Of a stretch of DNA of 28,367 nucleotides, positions 1 through 10,400 are shown piece after piece. Position 1 is the stretch's first letter; each line of letters opens with the position of its first letter. The notes under the pieces are model-generated. The model searched no databases. It was not told the DNA's origin and saw only the letters and a list, made by a program, of their open reading frames with translations. Source of the DNA: an uncultured Polyangiaceae bacterium (GTDB lineage Bacteria > Myxococcota_A > Polyangia > Polyangiales > Polyangiaceae); the NCBI GenBank assembly GCA_964467935.1, contig CAYYKK010000064.1, positions 1 to 28,367 of the forward strand, in the 5' to 3' direction. A program made the translations under genes and the position numbers.

Positions 1-774
1 CAGGCTGACGGGCTCGGAGAGGCCGAGCGCGAGCCCGAGCGCCTCGCGCGTCTCGAGCAGCGCCTCGTCGCCGCGCACGAGCGCCGCGCGCGCGGAGAGG
101 ACGTCTTGGCGAGCGCGGAGCAGGTCGAGCGCGCTGCCCGCGCCGAGCTCTTGCTTCTTCTCCACGATCGCCAGGCGCGCGAGCGCGTCGGAGAGGCCGA
201 CGCGATCGATCTCCGACACGCGCTCCGCGGCGGCCTCGGCGAGCATCGCCTCGATGACCGCGAGGACGATCTGCCGCTTCTGATCTTCGAGCGAGAGCGC
301 GACCGCGCGCGCGTTCGCCCGCGCGGTGCCGACGGCGTACCAAGTCTCGGCGGCGACGAGCGGCACCGAGAGCGTCAAGCTCGCCTGGAGCGAGTTGGAT
401 CCCGCGGTCCCGGTGGTCGTCGTGGCCGTCGTCGAGGTGATGCAGTGACGCGTCCCGCTGGCCGGGCCGTTCAGCGTCGGGAGCGCGCCCGCCAAGGCGA
501 CGCGCGACTGCCCCTCCGCCCGCTCCACTTCGTCGAGCGCGATGCCGTAGTCCGCCGAACGGCTCTGCGCGAGCGACAGCGCCTCGTCCCAGCTCGTGAG
601 CGTGCGTCGCGCGGCGGGCACGGGCGAGAGCATCGCGTCGGTCGACCGAGGGATCGCGTCGTCGACGCTCGGCGCGGTGGTCTTCGGCGCCGGCGGCGCG
701 CCGGCAGGCTGGGCCGAGGCGAAGCCGGCGAAGAGCACGACGACGAGCGAGGTGGCGATCGGTTCCTTTCGCAT
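1..774 (-). CDS. Outer-membrane efflux protein (TolC/OEP family), N-terminal 258 codons; the C-terminus lies beyond the window start
   Basis: Absent from the ORF track because it has no in-window stop. ATG is at 774..772 and the frame stays open to position 1. Translation: MRKEPIATSLVVVLFAGFASAQP (signal peptide) ...SWDEALSLAQSRSADYGIALDEVERAEGQSRVALAGALPTLNG...TWYAVGTARANARAVALSLEDQKRQIVLAVIEAMLAEAAAERVSEIDRVGLSDALARLAIVEKKQELGAGSALDLLRARQDVLSARAALV. This is the alternating-helix signature of OEP/TolC N-terminal repeats. The family call is from memory of the domain pattern. Confidence 0.6.
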   Translation of the reverse strand, partial: MRKEPIATSLVVVLFAGFASAQPAGAPPAPKTTAPSVDDAIPRSTDAMLSPVPAARRTLTSWDEALSLAQSRSADYGIALDEVERAEGQSRVALAGALPTLNGPASGTRHCITSTTATTTTGTAGSNSLQASLTLSVPLVAAETWYAVGTARANARAVALSLEDQKRQIVLAVIEAMLAEAAAERVSEIDRVGLSDALARLAIVEKKQELGAGSALDLLRARQDVLSARAALVRGDEALLETREALGLALGLSEPVSL

Positions 775-909
775 GGGCCCTTTCCGGTCGAGCGCTCCGC
801 GCAGGTCGGCGGTGAGTCGGCCGCGGAATGCAACCGCATGCGAGCGGCCGTGTCGAGGTCCGTACGAGCCTGACCCGAAGACGTCGTCACGCCACGACGA
901 CGAGCGGCG

Positions 910-2691
910 CTACCGAGCCCGCTCGAGCTCGAGCCAGAACGTGCTCCCGACGCCAGGCTCGCTGTCGACCCCCAACGTGCCGCCCATCGCCTCGACGAGC
1001 CGCTTCGAGATCGCGAGGCCGATGCCGGTCCCTTCGATCTCGCGCGAAGCGTCGAGGCGCTCGAACGGTTGGAAGAGTCGTGGCAAGAGGGTCGGCTCGA
1101 TCCCGCGGCCCGTGTCGCGCACTTCGATGCGCGCCCTCCCGCTCGCCGCCCTCGACGCCCCGAGGGTGACTTCGCCGCCGTCACGGTTGTACTTCACGCC
1201 GTTCGACAGGAGGTTGAGGAGCACCTGACGGAGCCGCTGCTCGTCGGCCATCGCCGAGCCGCTCGCGTCCGCGTCGATCGAGACGCGCACGCCGCGATCG
1301 CGCGCGACCGGCTCCACTTGCCTCGCGCACGCCTCGAAGAGCGCGCGCAGATCGACCGGCTCGGCCACGAGATCGAGCCGTCCGCTCTCGACGCGGGACA
1401 GATCCAGCACCTCGTCGATGAGCCCGAGCAGGTGACCGCCCGCGCGGAGGATCTCGCGCACGTTCTCCGCCTGCTCGGCGGCGAGCACGTGCCGTTGGTC
1501 CACCTCGAGGAGCTGGGAGAAGCCGAGGATCGCGTTGAGCGGCGTCCTCAGCTCGTGGCTCATGCGCGAGAGAAACTCGCTCTTCGCTTCGCTCGCGCGC
1601 TCCGCCTCGTTCTTCGCGATCAGGAGCTGCTCGGTGCGCTGCGCCACCCGATCCTCGAGATCCTGGTTCAGCCTCCGGAGCGCCTCCTCGGCGAACGCCT
1701 CCTCGGTGACGTCCTTGAGCACGGCGAAGAACCCCTTCGGCCGTCCGTCGGCGCCCAGCTCCGGGACGAGATCGACGTCGAACGCGCGCTCGTCCCCCGT
1801 GGACGACGCGAGCGCCTCGCGGAACGAGAGGCGCTCGCCGGCGAGGACCCGCCCGAGCCTCTCGTCGAGCAGACGGTGATGGCTCTCGCCGACGATCTCG
1901 CGCACGGTCCGCTTCTCGAGATCCTCCGGGGAGGCGCCGTAGAACTCGGCGTAGCTGCGGTTCGCGTAGAGGCAACGCTGCTCGCGATCGCCGTGGTAGA
2001 TCATCGCGGGGACGCTCTCGGCGACGAGGCGGATCTCGCGCTCTTTGTCGGCGAGGTCCGCGGCGCGCGCCTCGAGCGCGAGCCCGAGGCCCCGCACCTC
2101 GGCGATCCGGTTGCGGTAGCTCGCGACGAGGTACCTGATGAGGACGGCCGCGGAGACGAACACGGTGCCCTGCACGACGCAGTAGAGCAGCGGCGGCGAC
2201 GGCGGCGGGAGGTGGAACGCGGCGCGCGCCTCGGCGAGCCCGAGCCCCAGCGCGGCGAGCGACGACAGGATCGCGAGGGTCATCGCAGCGCGAGGGCTCC
2301 AGAGCCACCCCGTGAGGAGGATGACCTGCGGGAACAGGATCATCACCGGCGCCCGAACGCCGCCGTTCGAGAACGCCTGCTCGATCGCGACCGCCCACAC
2401 GCCGATCGCGAGCACACGCACCGTCGCCCGGACCCGACCGCGCGACAGCAGGAACCACGCGACCGCGGCGAGCACGATGAGCGCGGCCGGGCCCGATGCG
2501 CGGCGGGTCTGCTCGGGCGCCACGATGGCGAGCGCGACGAGGAAGAGCGACGCGCCGACCAACGTGAGGCGAATGCTGAGCCGCAGAAACGCGAGAGACG
2601 GCTCCCAGAACATGGGCTCGTCGACTCTCTCCTCGGGCTCCTGCATCGGCGGGCGAGGAGTGTAATCCACCCGCGGTGACTCCCGCGTCAC
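910..2691 (-). CDS. Membrane-bound sensor histidine kinase: 5-6 TM helices, PAS, HisKA, HATPase_c. No response regulator in the window
   Basis: H-box HELRTPLNAILGFSQLLE, N-box LLSNGVKYNRDGG, G-boxes DTGRGIEP and GTGIGLAISKRLVEAMGG. The N-terminal half is hydrophobic (LFLVALAIVAP, LIVLAAVAWFLL, LAIGVWAVAI, VMILFPQVILLTGWLW, LAILSSLAALGLGL, VFVSAAVLIRYLV) and is followed by a PAS-like segment. 2691 is a GTG start. An ATG alternative at 2646 (MQEPEE...) is equally plausible, and neither has a clear SD. Confidence 0.85.
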   Translation of the reverse strand: MTRESPRVDYTPRPPMQEPEERVDEPMFWEPSLAFLRLSIRLTLVGASLFLVALAIVAPEQTRRASGPAALIVLAAVAWFLLSRGRVRATVRVLAIGVWAVAIEQAFSNGGVRAPVMILFPQVILLTGWLWSPRAAMTLAILSSLAALGLGLAEARAAFHLPPPSPPLLYCVVQGTVFVSAAVLIRYLVASYRNRIAEVRGLGLALEARAADLADKEREIRLVAESVPAMIYHGDREQRCLYANRSYAEFYGASPEDLEKRTVREIVGESHHRLLDERLGRVLAGERLSFREALASSTGDERAFDVDLVPELGADGRPKGFFAVLKDVTEEAFAEEALRRLNQDLEDRVAQRTEQLLIAKNEAERASEAKSEFLSRMSHELRTPLNAILGFSQLLEVDQRHVLAAEQAENVREILRAGGHLLGLIDEVLDLSRVESGRLDLVAEPVDLRALFEACARQVEPVARDRGVRVSIDADASGSAMADEQRLRQVLLNLLSNGVKYNRDGGEVTLGASRAASGRARIEVRDTGRGIEPTLLPRLFQPFERLDASREIEGTGIGLAISKRLVEAMGGTLGVDSEPGVGSTFWLELERAR

Positions 2692-2776
2692 GTCTTTGCG
2701 CGTGACCGAGGCGTCGCGCGGGGACGAGATGGCCCTCGACCTCTCCGTCGCTTCCTGGTCCCATCGAGGAGGGTCG

Positions 2777-3211
2777 ATGAGCGTCTACTACGTGAACGAG
2801 GCGGCGTTCGAGATCGACGATGCGGCGTTCGACGACCGGACGGTGCACGTGCTCGCGTCGCGCGAGGAGCTCGAGGGAGACGTCAGTCTGCTCGTCTCGA
2901 GGAGCCGCTACCGCCCCGGCGAGTCGCTCCTCGACAACGTGGCGCGCCACCTGGAGCGCGAGAGGCGTTCGTTCGCGGGATACCGCCAGCTCGACCTTCG
3001 TCAGCTCCGTGTCGACGGGGCGCCCGCGGTCGACGTCTCGACGCGATGGCGCGGCGCCGCCGGCCTCGTCTACCAACGCCAGGTCCACATCGGCCTCGAG
3101 CGCGTCGTGCTCTTGGTCGTCGCGACGGGATCGGTGGCGGAACGAGAGGCGTGCGACGCTCACGTCGAGCGCGCCTTGCGGACGTTTCGAGCACGCGAGG
3201 AGGGAACATGA
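2777..3211 (+). CDS. DUF1795-family protein (EagT6/EagR/DcrB-like effector-associated chaperone fold), 144 aa
   Basis: ATG at 2777 with SD gaggaggg 4 nt upstream. The track's longer 2696 start is N-terminal junk. MSVYYVNEAAFEIDDAAFDDRTVHVLA...SLLVSRSRYRPGESLLDNVARHL...FAGYRQLDLRQLRVDGAPAVDVSTRWRGAAGLVYQRQVHIGLERVVLLVVAT is colinear with the EagT6/DcrB pattern (x-NEG-f-LPD-W-D-sVNVL ... SLvISRD-lp-g-s ... GYqLLeqr-v-dGrpA ... QrQVyl-lgeR-lvLtaT). The stop overlaps the next gene's ATG (ATGA). Confidence 0.7.
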   Translation: MSVYYVNEAAFEIDDAAFDDRTVHVLASREELEGDVSLLVSRSRYRPGESLLDNVARHLERERRSFAGYRQLDLRQLRVDGAPAVDVSTRWRGAAGLVYQRQVHIGLERVVLLVVATGSVAEREACDAHVERALRTFRAREEGT

Positions 3212-4452
3212 CCGGAAAGCACCACGCCGCCCCGAAGGCGAAGCAGAAGGCGCCCGCGAAGAGCCCCGAGGCCAAGACGCCGCCGAAGAAGAAGAAGAGC
3301 ACGCGACACTTGGCGGTGAAGTACGAGAGCGACGGGATGAGCATCGCGGAGTTCGAGAAGCTCTCCGCGAAGAAGAAGGGCACGAGCGTCGAGGAGTGGC
3401 GCAAGAGCTCGCTCGACGCCTTGAAGAAGGCGGGCAAGGGCAGCGATCTCGCGACGGCCGCCAAGTTCCTGGAAGATCGGAGCTGGACCGACATGACGAA
3501 GAACCCGGAGGGCGACGATGGCGCGATGAAGAGCCTCCTCGACACCGCCGGCTATTCGAAGGCGAAGGGCGATCTGCCGACCCAGCGCGCCTTCTGGAAA
3601 TACCTCTACGACCGCAAGCTCGCGCTCGAGGCCGACTGGCAATACAAGACGAGCGTGTCGTTCGTGACGAAGGACGCGAAGGGCAAAGTCACCGAGCGCG
3701 CCTATGCGGACACGTCGAAGCTCCCCAGCCTCGCGAGGCACGCCGGCGCGACGAACCAGAAGCTCGGGTCGTTCATGAAGATCGTGACCGACAAGGATCC
3801 CGACAACCCGCTTCGTTATGCCCGAATCCTCGACAGCGGCACGCTCGAGCGATCGGAGGCCGAGGTCGGCATGGGCGCGGCGCGCAACCTCGGTGACGCG
3901 TCACCGAACCCCGCGATCGGCCCGACCGACTCGCTGCTCGAGAAGGCGGACGTGTCGACCGTCGCCGCCAATCCAGTGAGCCAAACCGAGTTTCCGATGG
4001 ATGGCATGCTCGACAACGAGCACACCCAATACGCCGGCTGGCTCGCCGAGAACAAGGGCGCGTCGTACGACGATGTCTCGACGAATACCGCTTTGTCGAA
4101 GACCATGGACAAGTACAAGGACGATAAGGCCTTTACCGACTACAAGAAGAAGGTCCAGGACGCGCTCAAGAAGCAGGCCGACGACGCCGCGGCCGGCGAC
4201 CGGGTCGAAAAGGGTGAGAAGACCCGCGTCTTCGTCGGCGAAGAGAAGCGCGAGCTCGCGACGAAGGGCGCCATCACGCAATCCGGCGATCAGCTCAAGG
4301 AGGGTGTCCGGGGCGTCTACGCGGGGAAGAACGGAAAGCCCGTCGCCGTGGTGGGCAGCGGGACGGTGCGCGGCAAGGGCGTGAAGAACGGCGCCGTCCA
4401 CGTCGAGGTGGGCGGCCCCGACACGACCGAAGAGGCGCGGCCTCCCCGCTGA
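3208..4452 (+). CDS. Hypothetical lysine-rich cytoplasmic protein (414 aa) with a histone-H1-like N-terminal tail containing SPKK/TPKK-type motifs
   Basis: ATG at 3208 is preceded by gaggaggg. The start overlaps the DUF1795 stop by 4 nt (ATGA), so the two are translationally coupled. N-terminus: MTGKHHAAPKAKQKAPAKSPEAKTPPKKKKSTRH. The rest is K/D/E-rich with no signal peptide and no TM. GC is visibly lower than the flanks (many aag/gac/tac runs). I recognise no catalytic motif. Confidence 0.6.
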   Translation: MTGKHHAAPKAKQKAPAKSPEAKTPPKKKKSTRHLAVKYESDGMSIAEFEKLSAKKKGTSVEEWRKSSLDALKKAGKGSDLATAAKFLEDRSWTDMTKNPEGDDGAMKSLLDTAGYSKAKGDLPTQRAFWKYLYDRKLALEADWQYKTSVSFVTKDAKGKVTERAYADTSKLPSLARHAGATNQKLGSFMKIVTDKDPDNPLRYARILDSGTLERSEAEVGMGAARNLGDASPNPAIGPTDSLLEKADVSTVAANPVSQTEFPMDGMLDNEHTQYAGWLAENKGASYDDVSTNTALSKTMDKYKDDKAFTDYKKKVQDALKKQADDAAAGDRVEKGEKTRVFVGEEKRELATKGAITQSGDQLKEGVRGVYAGKNGKPVAVVGSGTVRGKGVKNGAVHVEVGGPDTTEEARPPR

Positions 4453-4465
4453 GCACGGCGTCGGC

Positions 4466-7400
4466 TCAGGCGGGCTCGAACAGGATCGGCTCGCGCGCCA
4501 GGACGAACTGGCGGACGAGCTGCTGCGCGTCCGGCGAGAGATCGGCGAAGCGCGCGCCGAAGCCGGGCTGCGTCCACGGAGGCCCCTTGTCCCCCGCCGG
4601 ACGGCTCCACTCGACGACGCCGAGCGTCTCGAGCTCGACGCCGCCCGGGAGGCTCATGCGGAGCGCGACCGTCGACCCGAGGTTCGGCGCCGGACGATAG
4701 GACGCGACGAACACGCCGCCCTCGCGCACGACGTCGCCGTTCTTCCTCCAACGATAGAAGTTCGAGGCGCTCTCGAGATCGATCGCGGCGTCGTAGCGCG
4801 GGTGATTGCCCGCGACCGCCGCCGCCGCCTGACCGATGCGACCCTGGAGGCCCTTCACGAGGCTCGTCAGCTCGCCGAGCCGCTGCTCGACGCGCTGTAC
4901 GGCCGCGCCGACCTCCGGCCCCGTGCCCTGGGAGCGCGCTTGTGCAATGGCCTGTTGCGCTCTTGCAATGGCCTCGTTCTCCTCGGCGCTCGCGCCGGGT
5001 CGCTGCACGAGCGCGCCTTGCCCGTGACCAGGCGGAGGCGGCGCCGCGGCAGGACCGAACCCCGGCAGGCCGATCTGCCCCGGCGGTATCGTCGGCGGCC
5101 GCATCGCCGCGTCGCGCGCCATCTGCTGCGCGTGCTGCGCGACTTGCTGCGCTTGCTGGGCGACCTGTTGGGCCTGCTGCAGCCCCGCCTGCTGCGTCGC
5201 GACGACCTGCCTCGCCATCTGCTGCGCAGCGATCACCGCGTTCTGCGTCTCTCGCGCGACCTGCTCGGCCTCGCGCAGCGCCACCGCCTGCGCGGCTTGT
5301 TGACCGGCGATCTGCGCGCTCGCCTGCGACACCGCGCGCACCTGCGCGGTCGCCTCCGAGACCGCCTCGGAGAGCGCGGCGGCCTGCGCCTCGCTCTCGA
5401 GCCTCGCGTGCGCGCCCGCCTGCGCGAGGCTCTGCGCGAGCGCGTGAACCACGGGCGCGAGGGACGACTCCACCGTCCCGAGCTGCTGCGCGAGGAGCTC
5501 GGCGATCGCGGGGTCGCGCTCGACCTTCACCATCAGCTCCCTCGACGCGAGCTCGGCGAGCGCGGCGTGGAGCTTGTCGAGCTCCTTCGCGACCATCTCC
5601 GCGGGCGTCCTCTGCTGCGCGACCGCCTGGTTCAGCGTCTTGCCGATCCCGTCGAGCTGCGAGCCGAGCGTCCCGAGCGCGCCGGTGACGCGCGCGACGG
5701 GGTCGTCGTCCTTGCCGCCCATCATCTTCACGCGCACGAAGCCCTTCTTGATCTCCTCCCAGCGCCTCGCGCCCTCCTCGGAGAGCCGCCCGCGCATCGA
5801 CGCGAGCTTGAGGAGGTTCTGCTCCGCCCCGGTCGTCAGCGTCTGCGACTCGCCCGCGTAGTGATCGTCGATGAGCGAGTCGACCTCGGCCTCCGTGTGC
5901 GCGGCGACGATCTTCTCCGCGATCTTGTTCATGTTGCGGTAGCTGCCCTGGAGCTTGAACGGAGGCTCGGTGCGGTAGGCGTCGTCCTGCGACGCGGACG
6001 CGATGTACTCGAGATTGACCTGCAACAGCACCTTTTGAACGCGAGAGAGGCGCCTCAGCACCTCGACCATCTCGTTCACCTCGGCGGCCGAATAAGGGTA
6101 CGCGAGCTCGGAGACCGGGATGGCCTCGCCCTCCGACATGCGGATGATCTTGTGGATGTCGGCGGGCTCACGACCCGAGAGCGACGCGAGCGCCTTGTTG
6201 GAGGTGAGCGCGTTCTCGATGTAGCTGAGCGCGAAGAGGTGGTCCTTGCCCTCGAGGATGTCGCCGAGGTTGTACGTGTCGGCGCGGTTCGCGAGCATGT
6301 CGGGGATCTTGAACTTGTCGCCGCTCTCCGTGTACGGGTTGCCCGCCATCACGACGCAGAACTTCTTGCCGCGCAGATCGTAGGTCCGCGTCCGCTTCTT
6401 CCAGACGCCCTCGATGCGGCGCTGCGCGTCGCAGAGCGAGATGAACTTCTGCAAGAGCTCGGGGTGCGTGTGCTGGATGTCGTCGAGATAGAGCATCACG
6501 TTGTTGCCCATCTCGAGCGCGAGGTTGATCTTGTCGACCTCCTGACGCGCGGTCGCGTTCGGCGCCTCTTCGGGGTCGAGCGAGCGGACGTCGTGGCCGA
6601 GCGCGGGGCCGTTCACCTTCATGAAGATGAGGCCGAGCTTGTTCGCCACGTACTCCATGAGGGTCGTCTTGCCGTACCCGGGCGGCGAGATGAGCAGGAG
6701 CAGGCCCATCAGATCGGTGCGCTTCGAGTCGCCCGCGGCGCCCATCTGCTTGGCGAGGTTGTCGCCGACGAGCGGGAGGTACACCTCGTCGATGAGGCGG
6801 TTGCGGACGAACGACGAGAGGATGCGCGGCGTGAACTCGTCGAGCCGGAGGCGCCGGCGCTCGCGCTCGAGCAGCTCTTGCTTGGTCTTTCGGAACGCGC
6901 GGAAGCGCGGGACGCGCTCGACCATGGTCCGCTCGAGCCGACCGAGGAAGGCGTCGAGGCGGATCGTCAGCGACTGGTTCTGGATGAGCGGGTGCTGTCC
7001 GAGGAGCCCCGACGCGACCGACTCGACGACCGCGGACGAGGGTTCCCGCTCGATGCGCCGATCGGTCGCGACGAGCACGCACGCCTCGAGCAGCGCCTGC
7101 GCGTGGGAGGTGAGGTCGGCGTGACGAGCGACGAGCGCCTCGAGCCACGCTCTCACGAGGCCGAGGCGCTCGGCCGGGTGCTTCTCGAGGAAGCGGAGGT
7201 CCTCGTCGAAATCGCGTCGCGCGCTCGCGCGATCGATCTCGGACGAGAGCGCGTCCCTCAGCGTCGTGGCGGAGGCCGACGTGACGAAGCGCGGGCGCTC
7301 GGCCGAGAGCTCCTCGACGAGGTAGCGCGCCGAGACCCGCACGGTCGCGTCGTCGACGGGGACGCGCTCGCCGGCGACGACGATCTCGAAGCGGTGGAGC

Positions 7401-10400
7401 TCGGCGGCGACCCGCAGGTCGCGCTCCACCTCGCGCGCGAGATCGTCCTGCGCGCGTGACGACGCGAGGCGCTCCTTGAGGCGGCCGAAGCTCCGCGCGC
7501 GCCGCGAGAGCAGCCCGCGCTCGACCTCGCCGAGGCTCGCCCACGTGAGGCACGCGAGCGCGCGCGCGTCGCCGCCGTAGCGCAGCAGGCCCGAGGCCTT
7601 CTTCATCGCGACGAGCTTCTCGAGGATGATCGCCGCGTCGACGTCGTGCACGCCGCGCTCGTAGCCCTCCTCGTGTCGATCCTGCGCGTAGGCGCGCACG
7701 ACCTCGAGGATGCCGTTCGGGCGGGTCCCCGCCTCCGTGAGCGACGCGAGCGAGAGGCCGCCCTCGCCCTTCTCCGCGGCGAAGAACACGCTCGCGGCGA
7801 GGTACTCGCCTCGGTAGACGTCGGCGCTCTCCGACGGGAGCGATTGGTCCCACAGATCGCGCGACGCCTCGAGCAGCGGATCCTCGATGCGCTCGTAGAA
7901 GTCCGTGCCCGTGATGTGCGTGTATTGGACGTCGAGCCCCGCGCCCTCGTCGCGACGCGGGACGAGCGCGAGCTCGACGGGCTGCGTGTTGACGTTGAAG
8001 CGGTGCTTGCCGAGCTTGATGACGTCGGCGCCGCCGTCGAAGAGCTCGGTCTTGTCGCGGAGGGCGCGGAGCGCGTCCTGCCTCGCGCTCTTGAGCTTCG
8101 CTTCGACCTCGTCGCCCTTCACCGTGGCGCCGATCGCGAAGAGCTGCTGCGTCAGATCCCGGAGCTTCAGGATCATCGCGTCGGAGGCGAAGTACGTGTT
8201 GAGCTCGTCCGCCGAGGAGAGCGTGCGCGACTTGCGGACGACGCCGGCGATGATGCGCTCGGCCGCGCCCAGGATGTTCTGCGCGCGCTTCTGGCGCTCG
8301 TCGAGCAGCTGCTGACGCTTCGCCGCGATCGCCTCGGTCACCTCTTCGCGCTTCTGCGTGAGCTCGCCGATGAACTCGTCGAACTCGCTGAACTTGCCCT
8401 CGAGCTCCTCGAGCCCGAGGAGCAGGCGCGACAGCTCCGCGTCGCATTTCTCCGGCGTGTCGCAGAGCGCGAGCGCGCTCGTCACGCTCTGCCCGAAGAG
8501 CTTGAACTGCGCGACGAACTCGCCCTTGCCCTCGGCGCTCGAGAGCTCCTTCTTGCGGGCCGCGAGGGTCGCGCGCGCGCGGTTCAGCTGTGAGAAGGCC
8601 TCGCTGATGCCTTCGAGGATGCGCGTCCGCTGCGTCGGGTCCTCGATGTTGAGGCCGTTGATGACGTCCGAGAGGACCGTGAGCCCCTCGCCGACGCGAT
8701 CGACGTCCTCGCGGTGCGGCTTGAGCTCGGTCGCCTTCTTCGCGACGCCGACCTTGTCGACCACGTCGCCGAGGCGCTTCACGAGGGGCGCGAGCGCGGT
8801 CGGCGTCAGGAGGAACGCGACGCACGACTTCGAGACGAGCTCGAACTCCTCGACGACGCGCTTCTCGAGGCCGTCGACCTTCGCGAGGTCCATGTACCTC
8901 ATCTCCTTCAAGGTGATGAGCTGACCGCGTTGCTTGCGGAGATCGCTGAGCGCCCCCATGAACTCTTCGACCGAGCGCATGTCGTCGGGCCGGAGCCCGA
9001 GGAAGAGCTTGTCCTGCGAGTCCTCGGCGGCCGCGAGCGCCTCGGTCGCCCGCTTTCGAATGGCGGCGACCTTCTCGAACTCGTCGATGATGCTCTCGGC
9101 GGTCTTCTTGAGCGCCGAGATCGCCTCCGCGACGTTGCCCGCCTCTTCGTGCGCGACCCAATGGTGGGCGTCCATGATGCGGCGCGCCGTCGCGATGACG
9201 TCCTCGTAGCTCTGCCGCGTCGGCGTCTCCGACAGCGCGACACGCTGGAGCGTGAGCATCTCCGAGATGCCACGGACGAGCTCGGCGTTGCCGAGCTTCG
9301 CGAGGTACGAGCCGTCGGTCGGCGCGGCGGCGGCGAACTCCTGCGTGCAGAAGGGCGTCTGCCAGATCTGCATCGGGTGCACCTTGCTCGCCTCGTCCGT
9401 CAGGGTGCGGAACACGATCATCTTGCCGTCGTCGAAGACCGAGTACCCCTGGCAGAGCAGCGGGTTCTGCACCTCTTTGCGGATGAGGTTGTACGGCAGG
9501 AGCAGGTAGAAGCCGTCCTCGACGCGCTCGAAGACGTAGAGGATGTCCTCGCCGTTCGGCGACTTGATCGCCCGCCGAAACGTGAGGCCGCGGCTGTCGC
9601 CGTCGAAGACCTTGTACTCGCCCGTCCGCAGGTAGTAGCCGCCGGGGAAGATGATCCCCTGGTCCTCGGGGAGCGACACGCACGCCGACTCGATCGAGTC
9701 GATGCGGACGACGCCTTGGGTGCGCGTGTTGAACACGAGATACCGGTAGGCGTTCTCCCGGTACGGCTTGATCTTGAGCAGGATGAGCGCGCCGAGCTTG
9801 ACGTACGCGATGTCCGAGTCGTCGAGCGACTGGTTCGCGTCCTCGACCGGCTCGCGGTAGATCCCGCGACCGTCCTTCGTGTTGTTCTCGATCTTGACCG
9901 TGAGATCACCGCCCACGGTCTCGACGAACACCTCGTCGAGGATCGAAAAATGCGGGTTCTCACCGGGGACTTGATCGTCGCGCGTGCACGGCGTCCAGAC
10001 GAAGTCGTGCTGCTTCGGGGGCGCGAAGTCCTCCTCGCCGCGCGAGTCGATGAAGACGATGTTGCCGGCCTTGTCGATCCCCCAGCGGAAGATCTTCCGA
10101 TCGCTCGGCGACGCGCCGATCTGGAAGACGGCGAGCAGACGCGTGTCGGAGCGCTGGATCTGCAGCAGCTTCGCCTCACGCGTGTAGCGGTAGAGGTCCG
10201 AGAACTCCTTCACGAACGCCGGGTCGGCGAGGTAGTGGCCGGGCTCGATCGGCAGCTGCGGGAGCTCGAACGTCGTGTCCGTCTGACGGAGCTCGTGGAC
10301 GGCGAACACGTCCGAGACGAGCGTCTCCGTCTTGAGGCCGATGAAGACGTTGAAGCCGAAGAGCAGCTTGCCCTGCACCTGGCGGATGTCGCGCGGGACG

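Noticed and set aside
1069-3163. ORFs 1069..2679 (+), 1181..3163 (-), 106..873 (+), 471..1184 (-)
   Set aside because: They overlap the histidine kinase (clear H/N/G boxes) or the TolC-like gene on the other strand or frame. R/P/G-rich artefacts.
4802-7459. 885-aa plus-strand ORF, together with 6168..9683 (-), 8714..13051 (+), 4942..5688 (+), 7646..8593 (+) and other long ORFs overlapping the giant gene and the flotillin gene
   Set aside because: They are antisense or out-of-frame to strongly supported genes (AAA+, flotillin motifs). Composition is extreme (R/G/A/D/E/L) with no domain motifs. These are the open frames expected in 70% GC DNA.
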